Positions 14,941-27,276 of a stretch of 64,000 nucleotides of DNA are shown here, piece after piece. This stretch comes from Balanoglossus misakiensis (lineage: Eukaryota > Animalia > Hemichordata): the NCBI GenBank assembly GCA_040954595.2, contig CM082591.2, positions 8,348,380 through 8,412,379 on the forward strand. The letters are read 5' to 3'. A program made the position numbers and the translations under genes. The notes beneath the pieces are model-generated. The model was not told the origin of the DNA and did no database searches. It saw nothing but the letters and a program-made list of their open reading frames with translations. Positions within the stretch are counted from its first letter, which is position 1; each line of letters begins with the position of its first letter.

Positions 14941-16358
14941 CTGGTCAAAGAATTGGCTTTACTAAAACATCAAATTGGTTATCTCTCAAAGCTAAAAGGG
15001 TTATCACCAACAAACAGATTACAATGCCTGAGTTAAAATGTTTAAGACATTTTCTTTATTTGTGGTTTTGATTTTTATCGGTTTTCCCAATTTTTAAGTA
15101 TGACAACGGAGAGGTGGAAATCTCACCAGAAAAGCGAAAATACGCCAACCACATGTAAACAGTAAAAAGGTTACGAAAAAACAAACAAACAGAAAAGCGA
15201 AAATACACCAACCACGTTTAAACCGTAAAATAAAAAAACCTTGCAAATACCGAGTTGTCTCATATAAAAACCTCAAAAAACGTATGGAATTATGCATGGA
15301 AAGATACGTCGTCTTCCGACCTTCCGCTAAACAAAAACTATACGTATGGAACTATCGTTCCGTCCACCAGCAAAGAGACTTTCCGGAGAAAAACGTTCTA
15401 CCCGTACCTTATGTCGCCACAGTGACGTGCCATTTTGCCACAACCGTTCGACAGTATGGTCGACTATTTTGACACTAAACATCCTGCAGCGCTGATATCC
15501 TTTTCATCTCACAAACTGGCCCTACGTGCGCTTAGGCAAGAGGCCTAGCAATAAAATTCTCACAAAATATAACCCTATAAATATGACTAGACTTTCTCGA
15601 TTATGACTTCCTGGTCTCCTGATTCGGGAGCCAGCGCAGCCATACCCAGAATAGCCGAGAGGCTAGCTGCACGCCCGTAGCTCGGAATAGTTTCTGGAAT
15701 TAGACCTACTTCTGTACAACTACAAGGTGTTGTACGGATAGCTGCAAATCACCCAATACCAGACAAAACAATCGAGCGACGGTAACGTAGCTATATAGGC
15801 GATTGTACTAAAAGCAACGACTGGAATATGAGCTTACCGAAAAGACGTCTTGATCCCGCGGCAAGTAGAAGGAAAGTGGTCAATACACGGCGTCGCACAC
15901 CGGAAACGGGTCAATGATCACCTGTTGTTATGGTGAGTAGAACGTGTTACCCAATCACAGACCAAAGTTAGCATTACGACACACTAATGAATATGCATAC
16001 ATGCTACAGCTGCATATTTTATTTCTTTAGAACGCTCTGGAACATGCTCGCATTCGAAAGAATATCTCATTTGCTTCTTGAGTGTGAGTGCATCATCGTC
16101 TACACAATAAAAATCGGGGGGGGGGGGGGGCACAGTGGGTAATTTCTACCACAACCACGCATTTCAAACCAGGCAAGCGAACTGCAAACTTCCGGTGTCT
16201 GAGCAAGGGGTTTGATGTGCCTTGTGTTGTGCACACTATAATACTTATGTGTCAGTTTGGTCAGTCAGACCACGATACCCGAGATCGTAAAATGCTTGGG
16301 TTAGGTCGTCGAGGAGGCTGCAACTGCGGCCACAGGTCAAGTCGGTGTGTGTTGTAAA

Positions 16359-16621
16359 AGACGTATTTCATGTGGGACCAAAATTTGTGTCATAAACCCC
16401 TGCGTCGCTCACGGTGATTGGTAGCTCTAATGTCCCTATGTCCCCTTTCCGAGCAGTCATTGGCTGCCTATACGTCATTTCGTCTCATTAGTATTTACTG
16501 TTCCGAATTCAGCTCATTCATTGGCTGCTTTACGTTCTGGTCCCTTGCCTCACTTTCGAGTGTTCATTGCCTCGTTCTTTTATGTGCTCCTCACCGTCAC
16601 GTAATATGCGGGACTAGCCAA
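16359..16621 (+). repeat. Left terminal inverted repeat (263 bp)
   Basis: agacgtatttcatgtgggacc...gcgggactagccaa is the reverse complement of 20310-20572. Confidence 0.95.
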
Positions 16622-16899
16622 AGACTCCCAGACTCCAGGTGTTTCAATCTTGACTTTGTGAAGCCGCCAATTTTCCCCAACTAAAAAGAAACGTGGGCCT
16701 AGGAGCGACGTGATTGAATCATGGAAACTGTTTCGGGCAACAGAAACCCCAAGAGCATATTGACACTTTGCGATTTTTAAACCATCTTTTCATTTGTCCC
16801 CTTTTCAGTGTTTGTTTTGCCATTACCAAACACATTGTCAAGCTAACGCAAAAAATAAAATCGCGTGGCTGAAAAGTACTCGGTAATACCAATGTCTCT

Positions 16900-16902
16900 G
16901 CG

Positions 16903-16933
<31 letters not shown>
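16900..16933. repeat. (GC)n(CA)n microsatellite
   Basis: gcgcgcgcgcgcacacacacacacacacacacac. Confidence 0.95.
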
Positions 16934-17032
16934 GTCAACGCAGTTGCATATTTCGAATATAACAAGTACAAAAAACACATCATTATTTTATTTTAAAGAT
17001 CTTTAGCTTAGCTAGTAGATTTGCGCCAAGAC

Positions 17033-18226
17033 TCAACGCATGAAACGATACAATCTGATATGTCGCTGGGCTAAAAATGCGCACACTTCTACAATAATCG
17101 GCATTAGCCAACGTGGGTGCCGATAAACAGAATTAATTGCCCTATAAGTTTTCATATATTTTATGGCATGTTCAACATAAACTCGGGCAAAATTAAATTC
17201 TCTATTGAATACGAGCATCTTTGGGCGGTACGGACCACGCAACTCACGGGTTGGAAATCTCGTTAATAGCGGATACATATTTGGGTATCCTTGGTCAGCT
17301 CAAAAATATACATCTCGTGGAATCTGCAATTCACCTTTCAACCCTATCGATGGTAACAATCTGTACTGCATGGCATCATTAGCATGTCCCAGAAATCCCG
17401 ACTGAATGAAAATAATGTTACATTGATTGTCCACAATAACTTGGGTGCTCATTGCATGATGACGAGCGTATCCACTGTAAAAGTTATGCTGTTCTTCAAC
17501 TTCGGGACGATATATTTCATGTAGAGTACCATCGATTGTACCTACGGCATTAGGAAAATGTTCCCATTGTCCACGTAGTTGTCCAAAGCGTTCCAACGAT
17601 GGCCAGCGGACGCTACGTCGAAAGTAATGCCAAATTAATGAGAGAAGGTGACGTATTTCTCTATGAATAGTCGTGTTGCTTACCCCAAACCACGCTGCTA
17701 GTAAGTCTAGAGTAGGATAATGCCGTAGCCAAATAAAAGTGAGAAGAAAACGATTTCTTGAATCCATGGCAGGATGACGACGTAGATTCGGTTCCAGGTC
17801 ATGTATAATAACTTCCATCGATTGAATGGTTTCTCCAGTTAACATCCAGAAATGGCGAGGACGTCCTTGTAATGATGTCCAAACATCTACGCCATTACCT
17901 CGGCCAATACCATCATCGTTTGAAAAAAGCAGGTTGTATATGGTTGGTGGTCGTCGTAAAGGTGGACGCAGGATGTCACACAACAGACGTGTCAAGATCT
18001 GGATAAACGACAGATCATCAACCAACTGCGCTAGATGATACACTTCCCGTTCTTCAGAATACATTGGGAGATGGATGACCACGGAGACTACATACAATAT
18101 CACCATCATACTTCGGATACAAGATATGAGAAGCAATTTTGATTTCGCTGGAGCGGCATTTTGAATGATATTGAAGTTTGTGGTGTTCCGTTTGAAGATG
18201 CTTTCACGATGTGGGATTTGTCGCAT
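17033..18226 (-). pseudogene. Harbinger/ISL2EU (HARBI1-like, HTH_Tnp_4 + DDE_Tnp_4) transposase with one in-frame stop
   Basis: HTH 'FLLTFIWLRHYPTLDLLAAWFGVSNTTIHREI'. Catalytic motifs 'GTIDGT', 'FYSG', 'GHAND', 'YF*ADQGYP' and 'ARVYVEHAI'. ORFs 17300-18226 and 17033-17278 are in the same frame, separated by TGA at 17300-17302. The start may be the Met at 18109. Confidence 0.92.
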
Positions 18227-18644
18227 ACACTAACTTGTACAACCCTATTCTAAGCATGCGTTGCGAAATACAGTTTTAACATGTCTAAAGTTTCATTTGC
18301 ATAACCGGACCGTTGACCAGTCACAAATAAGCAGGAGTGGGATCACATCGCACTCCAGATGTTCAATTTTGAATGCCAATAGACACGGAGGCATCCACAA
18401 GTTGTTTCTTATTTCCCTTTTCATTTTTTGTATGGCTGAAAATTAACCATTTATTTTCTACTTTTAATGTCATCAACCCTTTTGAAATAGTTTTCAGCAA
18501 AGTTTAATGTGACCAGAAATCATGTATAATTCATATGGCCAATAAAACTTTGATTCGATTCTGTAAAATTAGTCGATCACACGAGGGATACCTGCAGATT
18601 AATAGGGAGTCAATTTGCCGTATCCGATTCATTTCGCGACAGCC

Positions 18645-19695
18645 ATGGCTTCTACGCGTACACCGCGCTGTGTTGTAACGGACGCCGAGATAAATTTGAT
18701 TAGGGCCGGGATGAGAATCCATAATACAAATTATGGAAATATTGTCCATTTCATGAGACAGTCTGGTCGTTTGGCCAACAGTGGGATGCCAGCCAATGCA
18801 GTACGGCTCTATCAAACCAGACTGATGAAACCACTGCGTCGGCGTGTTCGAGATGTTGTCGCTAAACGTATCTCAGAGTAAGTTTTATTATAGTTTCAAA
18901 CCGAGGGGAGTATTTCTCAAACAGGGAATGCACATGAAGTCTGTGAAATGTGAGTTTGACGGGTATTGTCTCCCAGAAAAGCACGAAATTTCGTATTGCA
19001 TCTATCGCAGCCAAAGTTTCTGTGTTTCTCTATGTAACTCCTCTGCTAATTTGCATATTTTGTCTTGACCGTTTCTTTGAATATAATTCACAAGTACACG
19101 TATGGCAAATATTGATATCTCCACTATCATTGAAATCTAGCTATGAAATACAGTACGATTTTTAATATTCATGTGCCGTCCTGGTAATCAGTCAGCAATT
19201 TTTGTTTATAGCGTCCGACAAATGCGTGAACGGGAGATGAGGTATGCGGCGCTGAGAACACCGGAGCATAGGGCACCGGTACAAGCACTGGCACCACGAC
19301 CATCGACACCACCACTGCCCCCGCCGCCAACACAAGCGCCTCCACCACCACCACCACAGCCGCTACCGCAAGCGCTTCCACCGCCACCACCACCGACACA
19401 AGCACCACCACCACCACCACAGCCACAACCACTCCTACCAGAAGATGAACCTCCTGCTGCCGATGAGCCCTTGGACCATCACAGGGAGCCCAATCCTGAT
19501 GATGACGACGGGAGGGGGATCCCTGCACCAGAGGACGCCCAAGAGAGACCACCACAGGGCAGAAGACGGCTGTACCATCTAGTGCGAGAGGCCCATGAAT
19601 TATATGTGGACTTCTTGAGAAACACTCTCCCTGACACTATGGCGAATGTAAATCGCACGCTGGATCGCCTCAACGACCAATTAGACAGATTGTGA
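18645..19695 (+). CDS. Transposon accessory protein (238 aa): divergent Myb/SANT-like N-terminus, proline-rich linker, C-terminal helix/coiled coil; exons 18645-18877 and 19212-19695
   Basis: Kozak gccATGG. Phase-2 donor GA|gtaagt and acceptor ttttgtttatag|C join in frame (717 nt). 'vvTdaEinLIraGmriHntnYgnIvhf...LRRRVRD' resembles Myb/telobox spacing. This is the expected position for a Harbinger second ORF. Confidence 0.8.
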
Positions 19696-20309
19696 GCACA
19701 TAACACGAATACAATATTTTTTTATCTATCACCTAAGATTTTTCATTTATCTGGGGTTTTTTAATATTCCCCACCACCAATGCAACAGCCCCTTACATGA
19801 AGACTTAGCCTTTTAGTGATAGTATGTTGTATCGATAAAGAGCATATTGCAAACATATTGAAGGAAATGCCAATACAATTGCCAGGAAACAAATAGCGAG
19901 AGCACAAACATTTCCCAGAGTTCCGCTGTTGAAGATATCTTTTTTTTTATCTTTATACTGCCCAAATATGTTTTTATTTTCTAGGAATAGAAAAACAAAC
20001 ACATATTTGACATTCAGGGGGTACCTAGACTCTATGGCAGTCGCTGTGCCTGTCGATAAGGAATGAAATTTTCATACTGCATACGACGCGCCGCCGCGCC
20101 AGGCAAAGCCACTAGCGACTGTGTGATTAGCGTCGCGTCCATATGACGTTCTATCGGACGCGTATTTCAGTATTGGGGCAAGACTAGGGAATGGCCCGTA
20201 GCTTTGACGCCGGAGCTTCATGACACGGTGACAAACAATAGGGTGCAGCGCAGGTGCAAAACAAATTTAGTCTTTACATATGTTTCGACCATGCTCTGTC
20301 TGGTAATGA

Positions 20310-20572
20310 TTGGCTAGTCCCGCATATTACGTGACGGTGAGGAGCACATAAAAGAACGAGGCAATGAACACTCGAAAGTGAGGCAAGGGACCAGAACGTA
20401 AAGCAGCCAATGAATGAGCTGAATTCGGAACAGTAAATACTAATGAGACGAAATGACGTCTAGGCAGCCAATGACTGAACGGAAAGGGGACATAGGGACA
20501 TTAGAGCTACCAATCACCGTGAGCGACGCAGGGGTTTAGGACACAAATTTTGGTCCCACATGAAATACGTCT
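20310..20572 (-). repeat. Right terminal inverted repeat (263 bp)
   Basis: Reverse complement of 16359-16621. Confidence 0.95.
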
Positions 20573-20734
20573 AGTCAAACATGGTAAATGCGTCCCGAAC
20601 AGCAACACGCTCGCTCTACCCACAGTCACTGTGCTCTACCTTTATGTCGATCGTTTCCATGTCAGTTTCATGTTGGCTCGTTACAATGCCCCTATGCTTA
20701 TCGTAATTCCGGGATCGTAATTATTATTTTATTA

Positions 20735-21210
20735 TTATTATGATTATTAGTTATCTTTATTTCAGACACAACCGTCCATAGAAATAGGTTACAAAAAACT
20801 GACACAAACACTAGAAAAGTAATAAATAAAATAAATGTAAAGAATATAATAGTTTTAAGAATCAATGTAAAATGTCAATCCAGTGGGCATAAAGCGCATA
20901 TCACATGAGACAAGACGATTGATAAAAACATTGGGACTAGTACAGAGACTAACAGAAAAATTAAAAGCGACTTTTCTTCTCATGACGGAGAAGCAGTTTA
21001 CGGCGTTTAGAACAAATGTATTAGAGGCACTTTCGTGTCCGGGGTGACCAAGAAGTCTTCGAAGTGCATTGTTGTGACATACGATGATATTCTGGATATT
21101 ATACAAATTAAAATCGCACCATAAATGAGAGTCATAAATGTTATTACAAAAGGTATTAAATGAACGCAATTTCACATCGACAGAACACGAATTGAACTTT
21201 CTCAGGAGAA
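20735..21210 (-). mobile_element. 5'-truncated non-LTR retrotransposon (L2/CR1-group) 3' end
   Basis: Post-RT C-terminal motif 'VKLRSFNTFC..Y..HLW...NNALRRLLGHP..ESAS..F...RRK...F...L..SPN'. 3' end 'tatggacggttgtgtctgaaataaag' followed by an (AAT)n tail on the minus strand. Confidence 0.8.
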
Positions 21211-22229
21211 ATTAGGCCTAGCCCTTCCACACGTTATGTATTCGTGTTATGATAGTCCCACTGATCTGACAACACGCTCGCTTTTATTGTGGCCTTTTGT
21301 CCCGTTCGCCAGCACTGTGTATAGGCCCGCGTTTACCGTTAACAGACTATCCCGTTCGCCAACTTTACTGAACTGCAAATTTAAGAATCGGTCGGCTGGG
21401 GTCGCGTAAATTAAAGGCCGAACCGATAAGATTAAGTGCCGTAACGACTTGCTACCAACTGGGAAGGCTACGAGCCAAGAGCATATTGCAGCTCAGTGTG
21501 GCAGGGCCGGTGGTGTGTCTTACGGGCGATGTCTCCACACACTGTACTGCTCTGTTTGATAAGAGTGTCCAAGCTTCGGACAAAGGTCATGTTCGGACTT
21601 ATGTCTTAACTTTGCTTTGTAAACACATTACCAAAGTACAACCCACCCGTGTTTGCAGAGAAATTAGATGAAGTCACATGGCGGAGTTCTCATCCTATCG
21701 GGATGCGTTTATCTCGGAATCGGCTGCTTTTCCATCGTCGAGTTTGATTTCATGTCCGATTCACAGTCTAGTTATATGATGATCCCTGGTTGATATATAT
21801 TTTTTCGGGCGGGGGGGGGGGTGGTCATGGGATCAATAATTCGAGGCAGGAGAAGAAATATGTCGACAGCGCAAATTGCCATTTTCTCGCCTTGTTTCGT
21901 CGATTTTGACAACTTCAAAAGAATTAAACTTCGCTCTGCATTGGTCGATTGGTCTTAAATTTTACCCATCTAACAAAACGACTTTGTAGTCGATAAAGTG
22001 CTCCCAGCTGGAATAAACGTTGTTTCAATTCGACTCATCATGAATTTGATCCAATTTTCTAAAAACCTAACTTGCGGGCGCTGTTACTTCTCAATGAACG
22101 CTGGAAACGTAACACAAACTGGTCGTTTTTTCATACTTGTGCTCTAAGTAGGATGTGTGGCCAACATTGTGACTTAATTTTTTGTTATTGACCTAATACC
22201 AAACGAGCTGATATGATCTTGTTTCGAAA

Positions 22230-22570
22230 AACTGTCCCAAAACTGCCAAACTCGAATATTCAAACATCACCAAAATTGTACAATATCTTACATCAATCAG
22301 TATGAGGAACATGCTCACCAAAGTTCAGAGCAATCTAACAGGTGGTTTCACAGACAAAAACTTCTGACGAAAAATTGCAACCTATAGGCAGCTTTATACT
22401 GAATTTTTAGAGAAATCTGCCAATCACATTCATAGAAGATGTGGAAAAAATGACAAAAGTCATAAAAAGTAGAAAATTAACGATATTAGGTTCAAACTTA
22501 TAGAGCTCTGTGATGTTGGTAGTAGATATATGCATACCAATTTTCAGAGCAATCTGACCAGTAGTTTCCA
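22230..22570. mobile_element. HINE-like repeat remnant
   Basis: 'ccaaaattgtacaatatcttac.tcaatc' is shared with 14560-14590, and 'tagaaaatt.ac.atattag..tcaaac..ata' with ~5510-5540. Confidence 0.5.
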
Positions 22571-25110
22571 GCTAATGTGTCTGAGAACAGCCAAAACAGA
22601 GAACAGAACAGCCAAAGTGAGTGAACAGAATAGCCAAAACTATCAACAGCGTTTAACTCCACATCTGTAAGCAGACAATTTGTTGGAGCGATATTCAGGT
22701 CCTAAGAAAACTCAAACTTCAATCAGACGGAACATACTGGTCATCACAATTGCCTTCTGATTGGAATCTGTATGGAAAAGCAACAACAAATACTGATCCT
22801 TGTCTGAAATCAAAGAGACAGACAAAAGCACTCATTTTATCAGAATATTTATTTTAAGTATGCAAAAATCCTTACATGATATCTCTGTCTATTTATTTAT
22901 CATGATAGGAAAATTGTTGGAATAAAAATATCAAAGATATTCCTTCCTAATGCTGCATATAATATTTACATACTCTGGCAGTCTTGTAAGTACAATGAAA
23001 TGTTAGTCAAAAGCTCTTCTTAAGAACTGAGTAAATCTCAGTACAAAAAGCAATATGTGGAATATACCAACTTAGCATCTTAGGGAAAATAAAAGAAATA
23101 AAGAAATTGAGGAATGGTGTCCCCCCTCCCCTTCAGCACTATACATGATTCTACAGCCTCATGGGGTCATTCTTCACACACACATAAAATGAATGGCTGA
23201 TTACATGAAATATTTTCGAAAGTCAATAAGTGGTCACGAAAGGCTCTTGTTTTTGTTAAAATAAAAAAATGTTAGGAAATTCAAGAAAAGTAGAAAGCAA
23301 TGTTGTGTGAATATTGATATTAAAAACACTTGATTTTAATCGTTTGGCAACTATGGTAACTTCCTTATAACAGACTATATTTCTTCACATGCATCTAATA
23401 GTTTGATTCTAACATACTTGTCACGGGTGTCGCTGTTCACCACAAAACCCACCAAAATGGTTTAAAGGTTTCACAAGACATAGGCCTATAACATTTCTTA
23501 ACTGAAATTGAAGAGGGACAGCATCAGTTCATATGTGTGGCCGGTCTGGCTACATAGGGGAACTGCTAAATTACACACATGTATGGGAGTTCACCTACAA
23601 CAGAAGACACCAAAATTCATGCAAGTGAAAAATACAGAAGTACAATTGAAGACTTGACGCAGGTTCAGACACCAATTACATGTGCTGAAATGAGCCAGTA
23701 GAATGCACCAATATAAAAAGCTTCAAGCTACAGGTAAAGTACAAGGAAAACTAACCTGAAATTGAACAGAGACTCTTCAGTTCATACATGTGGCCGGTCT
23801 GCATACAGAGGTGAACTGACTAAGTATATGCATGGGGTCCTTTTATATCAGCAATCTACACTATGGTGGCGCATTAGCTTGAGTTCATTAGTCAAATGAA
23901 ACATCCTGGTGGTTTGCATATAATTGAGATCATCAAATAGAATGTAAGTTCTATCATTACTAGAAAGGTGTTCACATGAATAAATGATTAAATGATGACT
24001 GCAAAGAATACAGGTGTTACATACATACAGATATTATATATATATTCAAGTGAACAAATGGTTCGGTCCAAATCCATTGTTTCCTGTGGGAAAGTTGGAT
24101 GTCTACACAGGGAATTGGGTGAAAGGTGAGAGTGCTAAGAAAATAGGTCAATGGTAATTTTCCATTTTTATCTAAATTGAATACATGTGTGGGCTTAATC
24201 TTTTCCAATAATGCTGACACACAAAAAGTTAATTGTTTTACCAAACTTTCCTTGAGAGTTGAATGAAGGCACTTGATATTAGCACAGAGACCGATTTTTT
24301 CCACACACCACTTTTCTCTTTTCATAGAGCTCCATTCAAATTTTGTACACAACAATTGTCACTACCCAAGCCCAAACTTTCAAATTACAATGTGACATTT
24401 CAAAACACTGTTAGACTCCCCAATGAAACATTAACTCTGGATCAGCATCCCTTCAAATTAGTGATAGCCCTGGGGTGAGTTTCATTAATTTTGTTATAAT
24501 GGTGTTTTTTAATTGTTTGGCTGTGACAGAAATTACTACATGGAAGTATAAACATGTTATGTCCACACATATGCTGTAGGTTCAGCTTCAATTCAATTTT
24601 CATCAATCAGATCATAACAAATTATTCAACAGAAAAAAAACAAAAAATGAACATCAAGAGCTGGTGACTTAATGGCTTTCACATGATAAATATATACGTG
24701 TGAACATTGCCCCATGCTAGAGTGTAATATTAACACGTCTCATACAACCTACAATTCTCTGTATATAACGAAACACATTCATTATAGCTGGATTAGTTGG
24801 TTCACAGGTAATCTGTAACCAGATAGGCTGACTTGAGCAATCCATGTTTTTGCAAGAGTTGTATTTTCACTGTTATATTGTGACTTCTTTGATGTAATGC
24901 TCAACTGAACACAAGAGTATCAGAATTGGACAGATGAATGACCAATAACACAAAGTCTGTGATTGGGGAATACAAATGATAAGTACACAACTGGAAGTTC
25001 TGTCACTCAAAGTTATGTCTATTGCTCTCTTCCCTGAGGGAGCGATAGAGAGCAACTTTAGAGATACGTTCTCCAATTTACTGATCAGGAATAATTGAAA
25101 TATTAGTCTA

Positions 25111-25483
25111 GTATATAGCTGTATTTTGTCTGCTTGCTTCAAAAAACTATGCATGCCACTGCCCCAATAAAGCCTGATACCCCTTGCTGGGAATTGAGAT
25201 GTAATTAGCATTACTTTGAAGTCAATCACAGACTTTGTTTTTCCAATGATTGGTCAAAGGATACATATGTGTGATTGAGGATGGGTACCATTTTGAATTG
25301 AAATTAACCTAGCCTTCACTGTAACTTTACACACACTCGCCATTGATCAGTTTATGTGTGTGACTTCAAGGGGGATGCTAGTTACATCACAATTCCCAGC
25401 AAGGGCTATCAGGCTTTATTGGGCCAGTGGCATGCATGACTCTAGATGTTCGTTTTGGAAGCAGAAAAAAACTGGCTATATAC
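25111..25483. mobile_element. Degenerate MITE / inverted repeat (~115-bp arms)
   Basis: 'atgcatgccactgccccaataaagcctgatacccc.ttgctgggaattg' versus 'caattcccagcaagggctatcaggctttattgggccagtggcatgcat'. Confidence 0.7.
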
Positions 25484-25685
25484 TGTAAAACATGAAATTT
25501 TCGCAACAGGAAATTTTCGCAATATCAAAAACTGTTATGCAACGATTAATTTTCGCATTCTCGAATTTCAATTCATCATTATTTCTGAAAAACATTTTTA
25601 TGCGACTTTTTAGTTTTCAGGTTTTTTTGGCTCTTGCATGATTCGTGCAAAATTATCGCTCATGAAAATTTCCTGTTTTACAGTA
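25481..25685. mobile_element. Tc1/mariner-type MITE (TA-CTGTAAAACA...TGTTTTACAG-TA)
   Basis: Terminal inverted repeats with TA duplication. Same family as 35670-35841, 39608-39819 and 45530-45740. Confidence 0.8.
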
Positions 25686-26863
25686 CATCTTAAGTATTTT
25701 TTTTTCACACCAGAAGACAATGCATAGTTGCTTTGTGTATGGCAGACTTTGTATTACGATAGACACTGACAACCAGTTACATCTGTCTAGCATACAAATA
25801 TGGTCATATTGAAATAAGGCATTACAATGGAAACAAAGTAAAGCTAATGCAAGAATTAGTACAGAACAAATCTATTCTGTTACTACACTGGAATAACCAT
25901 TCCGTGTTATTTGATCTGTTTAAAAATTATTTTCTTTTATAATCAAGGAACTAAACACTGAAGAATGAATGGAGGTGATAGCTTTGGAATGGATGTGTGT
26001 GTACAGGAAATACTGATGAGAATGATAAATATTCCAAATCCCCAACACTTGACTGTCTGGAATATTTGAAAATTCCTGCATACCTTGAGAAATTTCTGAC
26101 ATTTCTTTGGGGATCTGGGTTTCATTTAGTATATAGAAGTTACAATGGTAATGAAGGCATGAACAGTCTCCTGTTCATTATAGTCAGTTTCCTGTATGAA
26201 TTTATTGATTCAGAATATCAAAAAGACTCATGTCATCAGCCAGCAGACTACTTCTTGATTGTTGCTGTGTTTGTTGCATGCTGGCCGGGTGCCAAGCCCA
26301 TCTGAGGTACCTGTGGTCACGGCTGTGGCTGGTGTCGCCATGTTTGTTGTGTTGCTGCTGGTTGTTGTGGTGGTGGTGGAATGCTTGCTTGTGTTCCGTT
26401 GGCTTGTTGTTGCTGCTGCTATTGAATGCAAACAAAATGGCTTTCTTTTTAAAGTCACTTCACAGAATGTGGTAATGTGTCAGGAGACAGCTTTGTTTAA
26501 CGTTGTTCACATTTGTCAATCAGACTGAAATTTAGGGCGGCATATAGTAACTATGGCAAATAGATTTAGGCTGTGTCTAAAATTTGATGGTTAGTTTCAG
26601 GACCCCCATTAACCTAATTAATTATGTACATGCCTAATTCTACACTAACCAATCGATCTTTAGATTTTGTAGGACATAAATCAGTTTAGGATCAACACTT
26701 TTTGACAAAATTTTGGGTATACACAGCAGATAATCCTTGGCATTCTGTAGTAACCCTGGGAATCGCTTGGGCCAGGTGAACACTGCTTGCAGCTTTAATT
26801 CACTATGTAATCAGATGCAGACATTTTGAAAACAACGTGATTAAAATTCTAAGGAAACTTTTG

Positions 26864-27194
26864 TTAAAGGGTTATGATCGACTAATGCGCATGTGCTAAA
26901 GCAGAAACTCTGGGTACAAAAACTTTATCAATGACACAATTCTGTCTATACAACAGACAATATGGCGGCAACCATAGTCTGTGTTGTAGATTTGGAAAAG
27001 ACAGCAAATTAAGTGAAAAGAAGAGACAAAACAAAAGTCTTCTGATATGGTGTGCAAGAAATATGGAAGGAAGCGATGGCAGTCCACTATTTGAATGCAC
27101 ACACATAAAATTTGCAGATATTTGGATTGGACGTTATTTTGTACACACAAATTACGCACATGTGCCTAAGAGTAAGAGGATTCTCGGCATTTAA
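26864..27194. mobile_element. Kolobok-type MITE (TTAA-flanked)
   Basis: ttaaAGGG...ttaa ends. Internal sequence is homologous to 41961-42270 and 42267-42598. Confidence 0.75.
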
Positions 27195-27276
27195 AACTCA
27201 CTAACTGTCTGCCAGAGGTTATCATCAGTGATTCCACACTGGTACCATGGAACAACTAGAAGTGTCAAAAATAAGA

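Larger units (their letters stand above)
16359..20572. mobile_element. PIF/Harbinger-ISL2EU-type DNA transposon, 4214 bp, two divergent genes, 263-bp TIRs
   Basis: TIRs at 16359-16621 and 20310-20572 (about 4 mismatches by eye). DDE_Tnp_4-type transposase on the minus strand and a spliced Myb-like gene on the plus strand. No clear TSD (flanks gtaaa| and |agtca). Confidence 0.93.
22830..26201 (-). other. Putative long 3'UTR of the MED25-like fragment, poly(A) signal at 22848-22853
   Basis: AT-rich, ORF-free stretch after the stop at 26202. AATAAA on the minus strand is followed by a GT/T-rich downstream element. Confidence 0.4.

Noticed and set aside
15095-15480. Short direct repeats and a terminal hairpin suggesting a Helitron 3' end
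   Set aside because: The hairpin is weak, there is no clear CTRR terminus, and there is no second copy to define ends.
19169-19555. Val/Ala-rich hydrophobic ORF on the minus strand
   Set aside because: Antisense shadow of the polyproline exon.
16131-20635. CACAGTG / CACTGTG pair around the Harbinger element suggesting a Transib or RSS-like outer element
   Set aside because: Only 7-bp matches, no 5-bp TSD and no nonamer or extended TIR.
21400-21780. GC-richer coding-like stretch
   Set aside because: Frames checked contain stops and no recognisable motif.
26228-26528. Overlapping Cys/Val/His/Thr-rich ORFs
   Set aside because: Alternative frames of the CAA/CAG-rich MED25-like exon.
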